Assembly: GCA_040004575.1 (NCBI GenBank)
Contig: JBDUAQ010000001.1
Span: 9,486-73,485, forward strand
Length of the DNA: 64,000 bases
Reading direction: 5' to 3'
Origin: a bacterium
GTDB lineage: Bacteria > Acidobacteriota > Blastocatellia > Pyrinomonadales > Pyrinomonadaceae
Shown here: in pieces, positions 18,643 to 28,005 of the stretch
How positions within the stretch are numbered: the first letter of the stretch is position 1
Layout: each line of letters begins with the position of its first letter
Notes under the pieces: model-generated
What the model was told of the DNA's origin: nothing
Databases searched by the model: none
The model's input: only the letters and a program-made list of their open reading frames with translations
Position numbers and translations under genes: made by a program

Positions 18643-21600
18643 TTAAAAGACGATACGGATACCGAGCTGCATGCGCCGGTAGCCATGGGTTATCTCTCCA
18701 AAGTTTTGGAAAGTTTGACCAGCATTTGAGCCGGCATCTTCAATGACGTTGTCGGGCAGGCTGGTACCAGCGGCAACACCATAACCCGCATTGGGATGGT
18801 TGAAAAGATTGTACACGTCCATCCGCAATTGTAAGTTGACCTTCTCACCGATCTTGGTGTTCTTGAAGAGGCCGGCGTTAACCTGGTTCAGTCTTGGACC
18901 AAGCGCGGTGTTGCGGGCGACGGTGCCAAACGGATTGTTAAATAATGCCGCCGCACCGGGGCCGTTGAATATGTAGCGCACGTCGTTGAAATTAACCGGC
19001 ACCAGTTGACCAGTGGTGTTCAGAATGTTCAACGAATACAACTGCGTTGAGACTGCAGTAGGCGAACATGGTTGAACGCAGGCTGGGAATGCCGCGCCGA
19101 AAACGTAACTGGCGTCAACCGCAGTTACGCCGACGCTGCCCACTGGTGCCCCCGGATTTGCCTGGAACGGACGAACTGCGTCAAAGCCGGCGAAGCTTTG
19201 CAGGAAGCTGTTATCCTGATAGCCGCGGAGGCCAAACGCTTCGTTGAAGAACTGCTCCGGCGTATAGCGACGGCCGCTGGCTGCGATCCAGGTGCCATTG
19301 ATTTGCCATCCACCCAGCACCTTACCCGCAAATCCCTGCTGCGATTTGAATAGCGGCAGGTCCCAGATGATGTTGGACGACAACGCATTCCTGCGGTCAA
19401 AGCCCGAGTAGCTGCGCTCGGCCTTTCCGTTTTGGAGCGGATTGGCCGCCGTGAACGACTCACCAAACGAGAAAATCTCGCTGGCGTTGTCCAGACCTTT
19501 GCTAAACGTGTACGAGACCCCGTAGGTCAACTGGTTAGCAAACCGGCCATTCACGCGCGTCTGCAGCGAATTGTAAGAGGAATTCGCAGTGTTATCGCGC
19601 GATCGGATATTGCCAAAGCCCTTAATAATGCGGCCTCGACATGCGGCTGTATTGTTGACGCCTACAGCGGTTGGGCAATCAGCCGCACCCAGCGGAGTTA
19701 ACCCGGTAACAAATTGTGGGAACGCCGGGAAGGTAAACGAAGTGGCTCCATTTCCGGCACTCGTAAAGCCGAAAGCGATTCCACCGTTCGCGGGAGTAGA
19801 AGGATCACCCAGGAAGGGGTTGCGGTTATTGGTCTGGAACAGGCCAATGCCTTTGTTGCCGACATAGCGTACCTCGGCGACGGTGTTCCGGTTGATCTGG
19901 CGCTGAATTCCAAACGACCACTGTTTTGAATAGGGCGAATGGAAGTTATCACCAACCCTCGTCTGGTTTAAGAGTCTCGGATCGAAGGTGTTTTTTTGCA
20001 GGAAGGCGCCCAGGCCCGTTCGCACCACATCACCCGATGGATTACTTGGCAGTTGGAAAAGCGCCGGTCCGGGACAGCCTCCGGTTGCGGTACCGCAACT
20101 GTTGTTAGCGATTGTGTTGTTGAACACCACCGGCGCCGAGGTCGAGACGTTTAGCAGGATGTTGTAGAACGCCGGATCGTAGGCGTACGAGAAACCACCA
20201 CGAATTACGCTGGCGTCATTCCCGCCGAACAACAACTTCGCAAATTTGCCATCGCCGAAACGCGGCGTCCAGGCAAAGCCAAGACGAGGCGCCCAGTTGT
20301 TCTTGTCGAGCGGAACGGCTGGCGCGACGCGAGCATCGAGCGGCAAGCTTTGCAGCCAGAGCGCCTGAGCGGGATCGCTTTCGCGGGCGGTACTGATCTG
20401 GTTCAGGAGATTGATCGGCTGGCCAGTGTATTCGTAGCGTATGCCGAGGTTGAGCGTCAGGTTATCCTTGACTTTCCAGTCGTCCTGGAAGAAGAAGAAC
20501 TTATCATTCTCCGGGTAATCGAGCGTTGACTTGCCACCCACGAGAATCACACGTAGCGGGTCGTTCGCCACCAGTTGCGTGGCGTTGCTAAAGGTGAACG
20601 CTCCGTTGATGTTCGGCAGGAAAGGCACAGAACTCGTCAAGTGCCTAAGATCAGCACCGACTATGAACGAGTGGCGGCCTTCGATTAACGACAGCGTGTC
20701 GTTGAACTGCAAGACCTGAACGCTCCGACCCTGCGGCAAGTTGGTTGCCGGGCCGATTGTCCTTAAAGACGTGGCGCCACTGCCTCGAATCGAAGACAGA
20801 GTGATGTTGGTGAAGGTCTTGTCGATGCCTGTGGTCGGATCCAGGATACAACCGGTAAGTGTATCGCTGCATCCGCCGCCAAATAGAACGGCAAGCTTCG
20901 ATTTTGTGGCGCGGAACTCATTGGTCACATGCGACGAGATCTGGCGAGTGTAGGCTCCGCTCAGGTTTCTTGAGTTAAATGGAATATCGCCCAGGAACTC
21001 ATTGCTGAAAAGCGAAAACGTTTCCGGAGATTTTTGGTAAAGATAACGCACGTAAAAGCTGTCTTTCTTGGTAACGTTCATGTCGCCGCGAATACTAAAC
21101 TCCGGTTGGTTGAAAGGGGCGGCATAAGAGAACAACGGGCGAGCAGCAAGAACCGTGAAATCGTTACCGAGATTGCCGCAATTCGCCGCAGTGGAAAAAG
21201 CTACATTGGCGACCTTGGGCAAACATATCTTCTCAACCGCTGTGTCACCACGTGGCTGTACCGACAAACCGGGCAGCGTCACGCCAAAAGCGCTTTGAGT
21301 GACGAAGGCCTTAATCGCGGGGTTGCCAGGATATTGCGCCAACAAACCAGCGAACTCAGACGGTAGCGGAGCCAGAGAGCCCCCGGTAATCGTGGAGTTC
21401 GAAGCCTGTCTGGTTTCCTGGAAGGTAACGAAAAAGAAGGCTTTATTCTTCTTGATCGGACCGCCAAAGGTGCCGCCAAAGACGTTGCTGATGAATTTGT
21501 CTTTTCCGTGGCCGGACGAAGCTGGAGCCCGGTTCGGATCGCGTCGCTCCAGATTGGTCTCGGCGTCTAAGGCGGAGTTCCGCAGAAACTCGAAACCGCT

Positions 21601-22389
21601 CCCGTGGAACGCATTCCCTCCGGACTTGAGCACGATGTTTACAACCGCGCCCTGATTGCGACCGTACTGGGCGGAGAAGTTGTTGGTGACGACCTGATAC
21701 TCCTGCACTGCGTCCTGATTGTCCACAAAGAAGCTGGGACCACCAATTGACAGGTCGTTGTTGTCAGTGCCGTCAATCGTGAAATTATTTGACCGAGCAC
21801 GGTTGCCGTTCACTGACAGCGTGGTGCCGTTGTTATTGACGTTGCCGAAACCAGGCACGACGCCAGGAGCCAGCAGAGCCAGCGTGTCGATTCCGCTGCC
21901 GGCGGCATTCGAGGGCAGGTCCTGCACCTTACGGGTCTCGAAACTTGCTGAAATCTGCGAGGTGTCGGTTTGTATTGTCTGTTCCGTGTCGCTGCTGATC
22001 GTCACACTTGCAGTCGGTGCGCCCACGACCAACTCGACCTTAAGGTCGGTAACTTCGCCTAGCTTTACGTTCACGCCGGTCACAATCTTTGTACTAAAAC
22101 CGGCAGTGGGCGCCACTGTGACAGTGTACTTACCTGGGAGAAGATTCGTGACGGAGAAAAGTCCGGCGTCGCTTGCGGTGGTACCGCTCGCCACGCCAGT
22201 CGCTTCGTTTTGGACCGTTATGGTGGCTCCGACTACATCCTGACCGTTCGGGTCAACCACCGAGCCTTTCAAAGTGCCAGTGGTGGCCTGGGCCATCACT
22301 GGCTCGCTAAAGAGAAAAACCATCATGACTAGCGATAGCGCAAACGCCCCAATGAGCGCCAACGACTTTGCTATAGGTGAACTCCTCAT
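18643..22389 (-). CDS. TonB-dependent receptor with N-terminal carboxypeptidase-regulatory-like domain
   Basis: 1248 aa. Signal peptide, then GTLKGSVVDPNGQDVVGATITV, VNGNRARSNNFTIDGTDNND, and a terminal F. Paralog of the gene at 11859-15263. Confidence 0.85.
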   Translation of the reverse strand: MRSSPIAKSLALIGAFALSLVMMVFLFSEPVMAQATTGTLKGSVVDPNGQDVVGATITVQNEATGVASGTTASDAGLFSVTNLLPGKYTVTVAPTAGFSTKIVTGVNVKLGEVTDLKVELVVGAPTASVTISSDTEQTIQTDTSQISASFETRKVQDLPSNAAGSGIDTLALLAPGVVPGFGNVNNNGTTLSVNGNRARSNNFTIDGTDNNDLSIGGPSFFVDNQDAVQEYQVVTNNFSAQYGRNQGAVVNIVLKSGGNAFHGSGFEFLRNSALDAETNLERRDPNRAPASSGHGKDKFISNVFGGTFGGPIKKNKAFFFVTFQETRQASNSTITGGSLAPLPSEFAGLLAQYPGNPAIKAFVTQSAFGVTLPGLSVQPRGDTAVEKICLPKVANVAFSTAANCGNLGNDFTVLAARPLFSYAAPFNQPEFSIRGDMNVTKKDSFYVRYLYQKSPETFSLFSNEFLGDIPFNSRNLSGAYTRQISSHVTNEFRATKSKLAVLFGGGCSDTLTGCILDPTTGIDKTFTNITLSSIRGSGATSLRTIGPATNLPQGRSVQVLQFNDTLSLIEGRHSFIVGADLRHLTSSVPFLPNINGAFTFSNATQLVANDPLRVILVGGKSTLDYPENDKFFFFQDDWKVKDNLTLNLGIRYEYTGQPINLLNQISTARESDPAQALWLQSLPLDARVAPAVPLDKNNWAPRLGFAWTPRFGDGKFAKLLFGGNDASVIRGGFSYAYDPAFYNILLNVSTSAPVVFNNTIANNSCGTATGGCPGPALFQLPSNPSGDVVRTGLGAFLQKNTFDPRLLNQTRVGDNFHSPYSKQWSFGIQRQINRNTVAEVRYVGNKGIGLFQTNNRNPFLGDPSTPANGGIAFGFTSAGNGATSFTFPAFPQFVTGLTPLGAADCPTAVGVNNTAACRGRIIKGFGNIRSRDNTANSSYNSLQTRVNGRFANQLTYGVSYTFSKGLDNASEIFSFGESFTAANPLQNGKAERSYSGFDRRNALSSNIIWDLPLFKSQQGFAGKVLGGWQINGTWIAASGRRYTPEQFFNEAFGLRGYQDNSFLQSFAGFDAVRPFQANPGAPVGSVGVTAVDASYVFGAAFPACVQPCSPTAVSTQLYSLNILNTTGQLVPVNFNDVRYIFNGPGAAALFNNPFGTVARNTALGPRLNQVNAGLFKNTKIGEKVNLQLRMDVYNLFNHPNAGYGVAAGTSLPDNVIEDAGSNAGQTFQNFGEITHGYRRMQLGIRIVF

Positions 22390-22468
22390 TCTTGTGCCTC
22401 CTAATTTAGTTTTCAGTACTGGCCAATAAGGGGGGAACTACAAGACCTCGTCAGCCGGTAGATGTGAA

Positions 22469-23479
22469 TTAGTGCAGCATAGCGATCAGTTTTCGAACCT
22501 GATCCGCATTGGCTGCGTTGGGAACCTCGCGCAAGTAGTTCTCAAATGAACGTAGAGCCAATTCTCGATCACCCTTGTTCATGTAGAGCTGGCCCAGATA
22601 AAAGAGGGCCATCGAATAAGAGCTGCCTCCGAGTGAATAAGAGGCTTTTAGATCCTTCTCTGCATTGTCAAGATTCCCAACTGCCATTTGCGCCTCACCG
22701 GAATAGAGCCTTCCGGCTGCAGATTCGGGATTCAAACTGACTGCCCGTTCCAGCACCTCGGCAGCTTCAGCAAACCTCTGCTGCTCAACCAGTACAATTC
22801 CCAGATTCAGTCGCGGGTTGAAAGCCTTCTCGTCCAAAAGAATCGCTTGGCGCAACTCTTCGGCGGCCTCTTCCAGTTTCCCTTGTGCCAGAAGTTGCGC
22901 GCCCAAATCGTTGCGCGCCATCACGAAGCCGGGATAAATGCTTATAGCTTTGCGCAAGTGTGCGATAGCTTGTTCAGTCTTGTTTTCCTGCGCGGCTTTA
23001 CTTGCAAGCTCAAACTCTTTTCTCGCGCTCTTTGGTACATCCACGAGTTCGCCAACCGAGATGCTTGGCGATGCGGAACGCCTGCTTGATGAGTGCGGAT
23101 CCGCGAGAGTAATCGTAATAATAGACGGGGCGCCGCGGAATACCTGAACGTTCTGGTTAACTACCTGAAAATCCGTGCCGAGGGTTTCAGCCTGAACCTC
23201 GTAATTGCCGGGCAACAGATCCAGGAATTCAAACCAGCCCTGACTGTCAGTGAAGGCCATCCCCTGTGGCCCGCTGACCGTTAGCAGCGTGACCTTGAGA
23301 CTCTGCGAAACAAAACGACCGCCCGGCATCACTACCCGTCCGCGAACACTGCCCTTGCTGGTCTTGTCTGCGGCGATCCGCCCGGTCTCTATGCGCGGTC
23401 CGCCATCCGGTGTGTCCGAGGTCTGGCCCGCAGCTTGTGGGACACAACCAATCAGAACAAGCAATAGTAGATTCTTCAT
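22469..23479 (-). CDS. Secreted carboxypeptidase-regulatory-like domain plus TPR repeat protein
   Basis: 336 aa. Signal peptide, then GSVRGRVVMPGG ... LLPGNYEVQAE (CarboxypepD_reg-like). TPR repeats follow (AIAHLRKAISIYPGFVMARNDLG ...). Same strand as the TBDR and immediately upstream of it. Confidence 0.75.
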   Translation of the reverse strand: MKNLLLLVLIGCVPQAAGQTSDTPDGGPRIETGRIAADKTSKGSVRGRVVMPGGRFVSQSLKVTLLTVSGPQGMAFTDSQGWFEFLDLLPGNYEVQAETLGTDFQVVNQNVQVFRGAPSIITITLADPHSSSRRSASPSISVGELVDVPKSARKEFELASKAAQENKTEQAIAHLRKAISIYPGFVMARNDLGAQLLAQGKLEEAAEELRQAILLDEKAFNPRLNLGIVLVEQQRFAEAAEVLERAVSLNPESAAGRLYSGEAQMAVGNLDNAEKDLKASYSLGGSSYSMALFYLGQLYMNKGDRELALRSFENYLREVPNAANADQVRKLIAMLH

Positions 23480-23561
23480 CTAACAACTTAGAACGCAGTC
23501 AACGGAACTTAGGAATTTTGGATGATCTGTGCGAACGCAGAAAAAGTAGACACCGCTAGAA

Positions 23562-23577
23562 AGCAAGGTATGTGCCA
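23562..23577 (-). promoter_or_regulatory. Sigma-54 (-24/-12) promoter candidate for the 23479-18643 operon
   Basis: The minus strand reads TGGCAC-ATACC-TTGCT, an exact fit to TGGCAC-N5-TTGCW. It is intergenic, correctly oriented, and about 85-100 nt upstream of the ATG at 23479. Confidence 0.6.
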
Positions 23578-23709
23578 TCAGGGAGCAGATTTCCAGAGTG
23601 TTTAATTTCTAGAACTTAGCCCGGAATATTAACGAACTCCCGAAGCCGCTCTCTATAATTTTGGATGGTTCTCCGAATATGTGAATGGCGAGGGTCAGGA
23701 CGGCTGGTT

Positions 23710-23723
23710 CCTGGAATTCCAGG
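23710..23723. promoter_or_regulatory. Perfect 14-bp palindrome CCTGGAATTCCAGG, a candidate activator (UAS) site
   Basis: Lies about 135 nt upstream of the -24 element, a typical distance for enhancer-binding-protein sites. Confidence 0.3.
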
Positions 23724-23879
23724 TTCTAGGTTGTCAGTTGGCGGTAGAGAGAAGTAAGACGGAAGCTGAAGCGCTGCCATGGGTCTCCAGCAAAGACTGC
23801 GTCTCAAAGAGTTTTGTGCCGGGGAATCCGCAGGTACAAAGTTGAAACAAACGACCTGTTGCCAAGAACCTTGCTTTGA

Positions 23880-24539
23880 TTAGGACTCCGTTTCATTCGC
23901 TTGCTCTTTCTTCACGACTTCAAACTCAAAGTGCAGTTCCTTGCCGCGGCAGATGTTTGATAGATAGAACTCCCAAAATTTTCGCGTAAAGCGAAAGGCG
24001 GGCCAGCGTTGGTCGAGATTGGTTACCCACTCCAGACCGAGCACGCGCCAGAGATTTGCAAGACTGACGTAGGTGCGCACCTGTCGCAGCTCTACAGTGG
24101 TGTAAAACGGAAAAGGAGTAAGGTCGGGCATGAAGCAGGTGAAGGAGTAGCTGTTGAAATGATTACGGTGTGTCGGGTCGGTGGGCCAATCAGGGTTCGA
24201 ATAGTGAGGCGTTACAATTTTTATCAAACCCGCTGGTTTGGTTATGCGATGAAGCTCGCTCACGAATGACATGACGTCGGGAACGTGCTCGATCACATGG
24301 CGACAAATAATAAGGTCAAATTCATTCTCGGGAAACGGATAGGGGAGCACGCCGAGATCGTGAATTACGTCTGCATCGGCGCGTGGATTCGAATCGATGC
24401 CGATGGCGCCGGGATATTTGTTTTGTCCGCAGCCGACGTCAAGGATCCTCCGCGCGGAGGTGGGCGCAGACTGTGATGAAAATGTTGTCCGTGGTTCGGG
24501 GGCGATCATGCGGATGACCGAAATTAGTTTTGCTGACAA
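23880..24539 (-). CDS. Class I SAM-dependent methyltransferase
   Basis: 219 aa with SAM motif I ILDVGCGQNKYPG and post-I/II motifs. The start overlaps the upstream gene by 16 nt; an alternative ATG lies at 24509. Confidence 0.75.
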   Translation of the reverse strand: MSAKLISVIRMIAPEPRTTFSSQSAPTSARRILDVGCGQNKYPGAIGIDSNPRADADVIHDLGVLPYPFPENEFDLIICRHVIEHVPDVMSFVSELHRITKPAGLIKIVTPHYSNPDWPTDPTHRNHFNSYSFTCFMPDLTPFPFYTTVELRQVRTYVSLANLWRVLGLEWVTNLDQRWPAFRFTRKFWEFYLSNICRGKELHFEFEVVKKEQANETES

Positions 24540-25870
24540 AGAAACTGCCCAAATGACTTCATGTCGAAAGGATAAACCGGCAAGCCAAGTTTTGCCGTCA
24601 ACTCGTCAAGTTTCATCCCGTCGAGCATGATGTCTTCATCGCTCTTGAGTGTGCTTCTGGGAATGATCACAAATTTACCGCTAATGCGTTCGCGTGCCGA
24701 AACCAGGTCGCCTCCCGTAAGCAAACCCGCTACTGAAACATCGCCGCCGAAATAGTTGTTTTCAACTCCCGCTACAGTGAGTTGAGTACCAAAGCGCACG
24801 TTCAACTTTTCGACAAGAGGTTTGAAAACTGGAGCGAAGAGCATCCCGGTCAAAATCGTCCCTGACAATTTCGCATCCGGCGACACGCGTCGCCGCTCCA
24901 GCCGTTTCAGCAGAGCCGCGAATTCGTTCGTGAAGGAGCGCACCATTCCTATTCCGTCTTCGATCTGCGGGTACGCGCCATAGTGTGAACGCGCCGGCAC
25001 AGCGCGTCCGGCGCGCAAGTAGATTTCGTCACCCAGGTACGCAAACGTTGTCCCCAGTTTCTCGCGGAAGGCAGACTGAACAACTGCCACCTCAGCGATA
25101 ATTTGCCGGCAGAAGTCAGGCGTCACGGCAGTTAGGCGCGGGTCAGTGTTGTAGCGCGTCAGGCCCAGCGGTACGATCGCTACGCTGGTAATGCGCGGAT
25201 ACTCAGCAGCAAGATCGGCAATTGTCTGGTGGAGAAACTCGCCGTCGTTGATTCCCGGACAAAGCACCACCTGCGCATGGATTTCAATGCCCGCATCGAG
25301 CAACCGCTTAAGTTTTGGCGCAATGTCAGCGCGCTCTTTGTCGATTCCCAAGAGGTAAGCGCGCACGTCAAGATCGGTGGCATGCACAGAAACGTATTGC
25401 GGCGAGAGACGCTGCTCGATGATTCGCCGCATCTCGTCTTCGCTAATCGAAGTGAGCGTGGTGTAGTTGCCATAGAGAAACGAGAGCCGGACATCTTCGT
25501 CTTTGATGAAGAGTGACGGGCGGGCGTCTGCGGGATTGCCGTTACAAAAACAAAAAATGCATTCGTTGGCACACTGCCGCGGAACGATCTGCTCGAAGCT
25601 CAGCCCGAAATCCTCGCCCTCGCCGCGTTCGATTTGCAATTCCCAGTCTTCGCCGCTGCTCTTGCGAACTTCCAGCACGAGTTCTGTTTCGCCTGCTGTT
25701 TGAAAGCGAAAGTCGAGATAATCGCGTACAGTACGGCCATTTACTTTGATAATTCGGTCGCCTGACTCGAGTTCCAATTCGGAACCAAGGCTCGCCGGCG
25801 AGACTTCGGCAATTTCGACACCGCGACGGCGAATACTGGTAACCGCTGGAGCCACTGCGAATTCGTACAT
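24524..25870 (-). CDS. DUF512 family protein (PDZ plus radical-SAM-like domain)
   Basis: PDZ-like N-terminus (GVEIAEVSPASLGSELELESGDRIIKVNG), Cys cluster CANECIFCFC, and a DUF512-like C-terminus. I prefer the ATG at 25870 over the longer ORF from 25966. Confidence 0.75.
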   Translation of the reverse strand: MYEFAVAPAVTSIRRRGVEIAEVSPASLGSELELESGDRIIKVNGRTVRDYLDFRFQTAGETELVLEVRKSSGEDWELQIERGEGEDFGLSFEQIVPRQCANECIFCFCNGNPADARPSLFIKDEDVRLSFLYGNYTTLTSISEDEMRRIIEQRLSPQYVSVHATDLDVRAYLLGIDKERADIAPKLKRLLDAGIEIHAQVVLCPGINDGEFLHQTIADLAAEYPRITSVAIVPLGLTRYNTDPRLTAVTPDFCRQIIAEVAVVQSAFREKLGTTFAYLGDEIYLRAGRAVPARSHYGAYPQIEDGIGMVRSFTNEFAALLKRLERRRVSPDAKLSGTILTGMLFAPVFKPLVEKLNVRFGTQLTVAGVENNYFGGDVSVAGLLTGGDLVSARERISGKFVIIPRSTLKSDEDIMLDGMKLDELTAKLGLPVYPFDMKSFGQFLCQQN

Positions 25871-26089
25871 AGCTGAATAATGTCCGACAAAACCTGGTTT
25901 GTCGAGCAGGGCTTGTTGTTCGTCTGTTGTGGGTCCTTCGTCATCCCTCGCCCTTTGGCAAATCAAAATCCCTCAATTTTGTTGACAATCCACGCTCTCT
26001 TTGTTAGTTATGCAGCGCGTTTTAAATCCATCCAATATTTTTCGGTGTATCCGGCTTTTTCCAACCCTGATTCCCTGAGTTGAGATCTG

Positions 26090-26548
26090 ATGAATAACAA
26101 ACTAAAGCCAGCACTTCTAGGCGGCCTGATCGTGGGCTTCTTGTCCGCCATCCATTCGCTCATTCCGTTCATCGGCTTCTGCTGCTGTATTTGGAGCATT
26201 ATCGGTGGCGTACTTGCATCCTTCCTCTACATAAAGGGATCAAGCGTGCCGGTGAAGCTTGGAGACGGTGCGATCGTTGGCGCTTTGGCCGGGGTTGTGG
26301 GCGGGATAATCTACGTCGTAATTTATCTACCCTTCTCCCTATTGTATGGCATGGCCGTGATGCAGGAGCAACTGAACCGGAGCGGCCTACAAATACCGTT
26401 TTCGGGTACGATCCTGGTCATTATTGCAAGCATTGTGGGTGCCATAATCCTGGTAGTGCTGTCAACTTTAGGAGGGCTCATCGGTACGGCGATCTTCGAG
26501 AAGCGTAAAGACGGTGCGGCGCCGCCACCACCGCAGAATTTTGCTTAA
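26090..26548 (+). CDS. Hypothetical integral membrane protein (about 4 TM, Pro-rich tail)
   Basis: 152 aa of Gly/Ile/Val-rich TM helices. I did not recognise a family. Confidence 0.5.
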   Translation: MNNKLKPALLGGLIVGFLSAIHSLIPFIGFCCCIWSIIGGVLASFLYIKGSSVPVKLGDGAIVGALAGVVGGIIYVVIYLPFSLLYGMAVMQEQLNRSGLQIPFSGTILVIIASIVGAIILVVLSTLGGLIGTAIFEKRKDGAAPPPPQNFA

Positions 26549-26638
26549 GGCCGAACTCTATTACTCCGGCGTGCTGGACTCTGTTACGAATGAATCCCAG
26601 CAGGCTTTGAGGAATCCAGCGATCCGAGAAGAAGCTAA

Positions 26639-26976
26639 GTGTCTCAGTGGAGTACTCGGTCCGCAACAGGTGCGACGACGTCGGACGTTCAAAATTATTT
26701 GATCCCTGCGATCCTGTCTACCGTGTTCTGTTGTTTACCGTTAGGCGTGGTTCGATCATTTTCGCGACGCAGGTAAATAGCAAAGTGGCGAGTGGCGATA
26801 TCGCAGGCGCAATGGAGGCCTCCAGGAAGGCCAAGATGTTCATGTTCATTGCGGTCGGCGCAGGACTACTAACATGGATCTGCGCCATGTTATATGGATT
26901 CTTTTCTTTGGAATGGCAGTGGCGAGCAACATGTAGGGCCGGACTCTGGGATTCTTCTCTTCCAACCGTGCCTTGA
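26639..26976 (+). pseudogene. CD225/dispanin (IFITM-like) family gene interrupted by an apparent 1-nt frameshift
   Basis: Frame A (GTG 26639) gives ...NYLIPAILSTVFCCLPLGVV and then runs to a TAA at 26774-26776. Frame B continues SIIFATQVNSKVASGDIAGAMEASRKAKMFMFIAVGAGLL to 26976. Joined at about 26752-26754, they form a canonical CD225 core. Confidence 0.6.
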
Positions 26977-27014
26977 TAACCTGGCTCTTTATATAACTTT
27001 CGGAGCAAGAATAA

Positions 27015-27401
27015 ATGAGTAGATATTGCACAAAATGCGGCGCTGTAAACGACGACACTGCACAATCCTGCGTCAGCTGTCAGGCACCTTTAGGTCCGGT
27101 TAGTGGTTATCAGCCGATGCAGTCGGTAAATCAGGGTGGTCCCGGATCGATGACCGACCTGAAAGCGATGGGTGCCGACAAAAAACTCGTAGCGGGCATT
27201 TGCGGCATTCTGCTAGGCGGTTTTGGGGTCCACAAGTTTATCCTCGGTTACACGAACGAAGGAATTATTCAAATCGTTATTACCGTATTAACCTGCGGCC
27301 TTGGCGGGATCATCGGCATCGTGGAAGGCATTATCTACCTGACCAAGTCTGACGAAGACTTTGTGAGGACCTACATTCAAAACAAGAAAGGCTGGTTCTA
27401 A
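27015..27401 (+). CDS. Zinc-ribbon plus TM2 domain-containing protein
   Basis: 128 aa. N-terminal CTKCG ... CVSCQ zinc ribbon. TM2 signature KLVAGICGILLGGFGVHKFILGYTNEGIIQIVITVLTCGLGGIIGIVEGIIYL. Confidence 0.8.
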   Translation: MSRYCTKCGAVNDDTAQSCVSCQAPLGPVSGYQPMQSVNQGGPGSMTDLKAMGADKKLVAGICGILLGGFGVHKFILGYTNEGIIQIVITVLTCGLGGIIGIVEGIIYLTKSDEDFVRTYIQNKKGWF

Positions 27402-27519
27402 TACCCGCTTTTGCTTGATCCCGCATGCGGCATGATATTTTTTTGACTTCCGCAATCGCCTGCTCGCCAGGCGCTCGCGCATTTCCTGGTAGACATTCCC
27501 ATGTTAGTTTAGCTGTCTC

Positions 27520-27927
27520 ATGATGTTCAATGAGATAGTGAATCGACGCTTAACCGCGCTCTCGATTTGGCTGTCAATAGCGGTCGGATCAACCTATCTC
27601 TTCATTTTCGAACCCGGTAAGACTGGGTTCTTTCCGGCTTGTCCCTTTCGCGCGCTTACGGGATTTAACTGTCCGGGTTGCGGCAGCACGCGCGGGCTTC
27701 ATCGCTTGCTGCACGGTGACGTCATCGCGGCTTTTGAGTTTAATCCGCTCATGGTCGTGTCGCTTCCGTTCTTGCTTTATGCACTGGTGCGTTACACGGC
27801 CGCGGCTGTAAGCGGTCGTCCGCTTCAGAAGTATCACGTGAACGCGAAATACATCTGGATGTTGTTTGCGGTGATCATGTCGTTTTGGGTTTTCCGCAAC
27901 ACACGGTTTTATCCATTCCCCTTGTGA
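27520..27927 (+). CDS. DUF2752 domain-containing membrane protein
   Basis: 135 aa with the signature CPFRALTGFNCPGCGSTRGLHRLLHGD. Confidence 0.8.
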   Translation: MMFNEIVNRRLTALSIWLSIAVGSTYLFIFEPGKTGFFPACPFRALTGFNCPGCGSTRGLHRLLHGDVIAAFEFNPLMVVSLPFLLYALVRYTAAAVSGRPLQKYHVNAKYIWMLFAVIMSFWVFRNTRFYPFPL

Positions 27928-28005
27928 ACACCCGAGTCCACAACTTGAACAACCTAAGAAAGAGGGGCGACGGCCGCCCCTAAACACGGGAGGATTACTA
28001 TCATC

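Noticed and set aside
23616-23807. 63-aa minus-strand ORF in the 400-bp gap upstream of the TBDR operon
   Set aside because: It has no ribosome-binding site and a low-complexity composition. The region is better explained as a sigma-54 promoter plus an upstream activator region.
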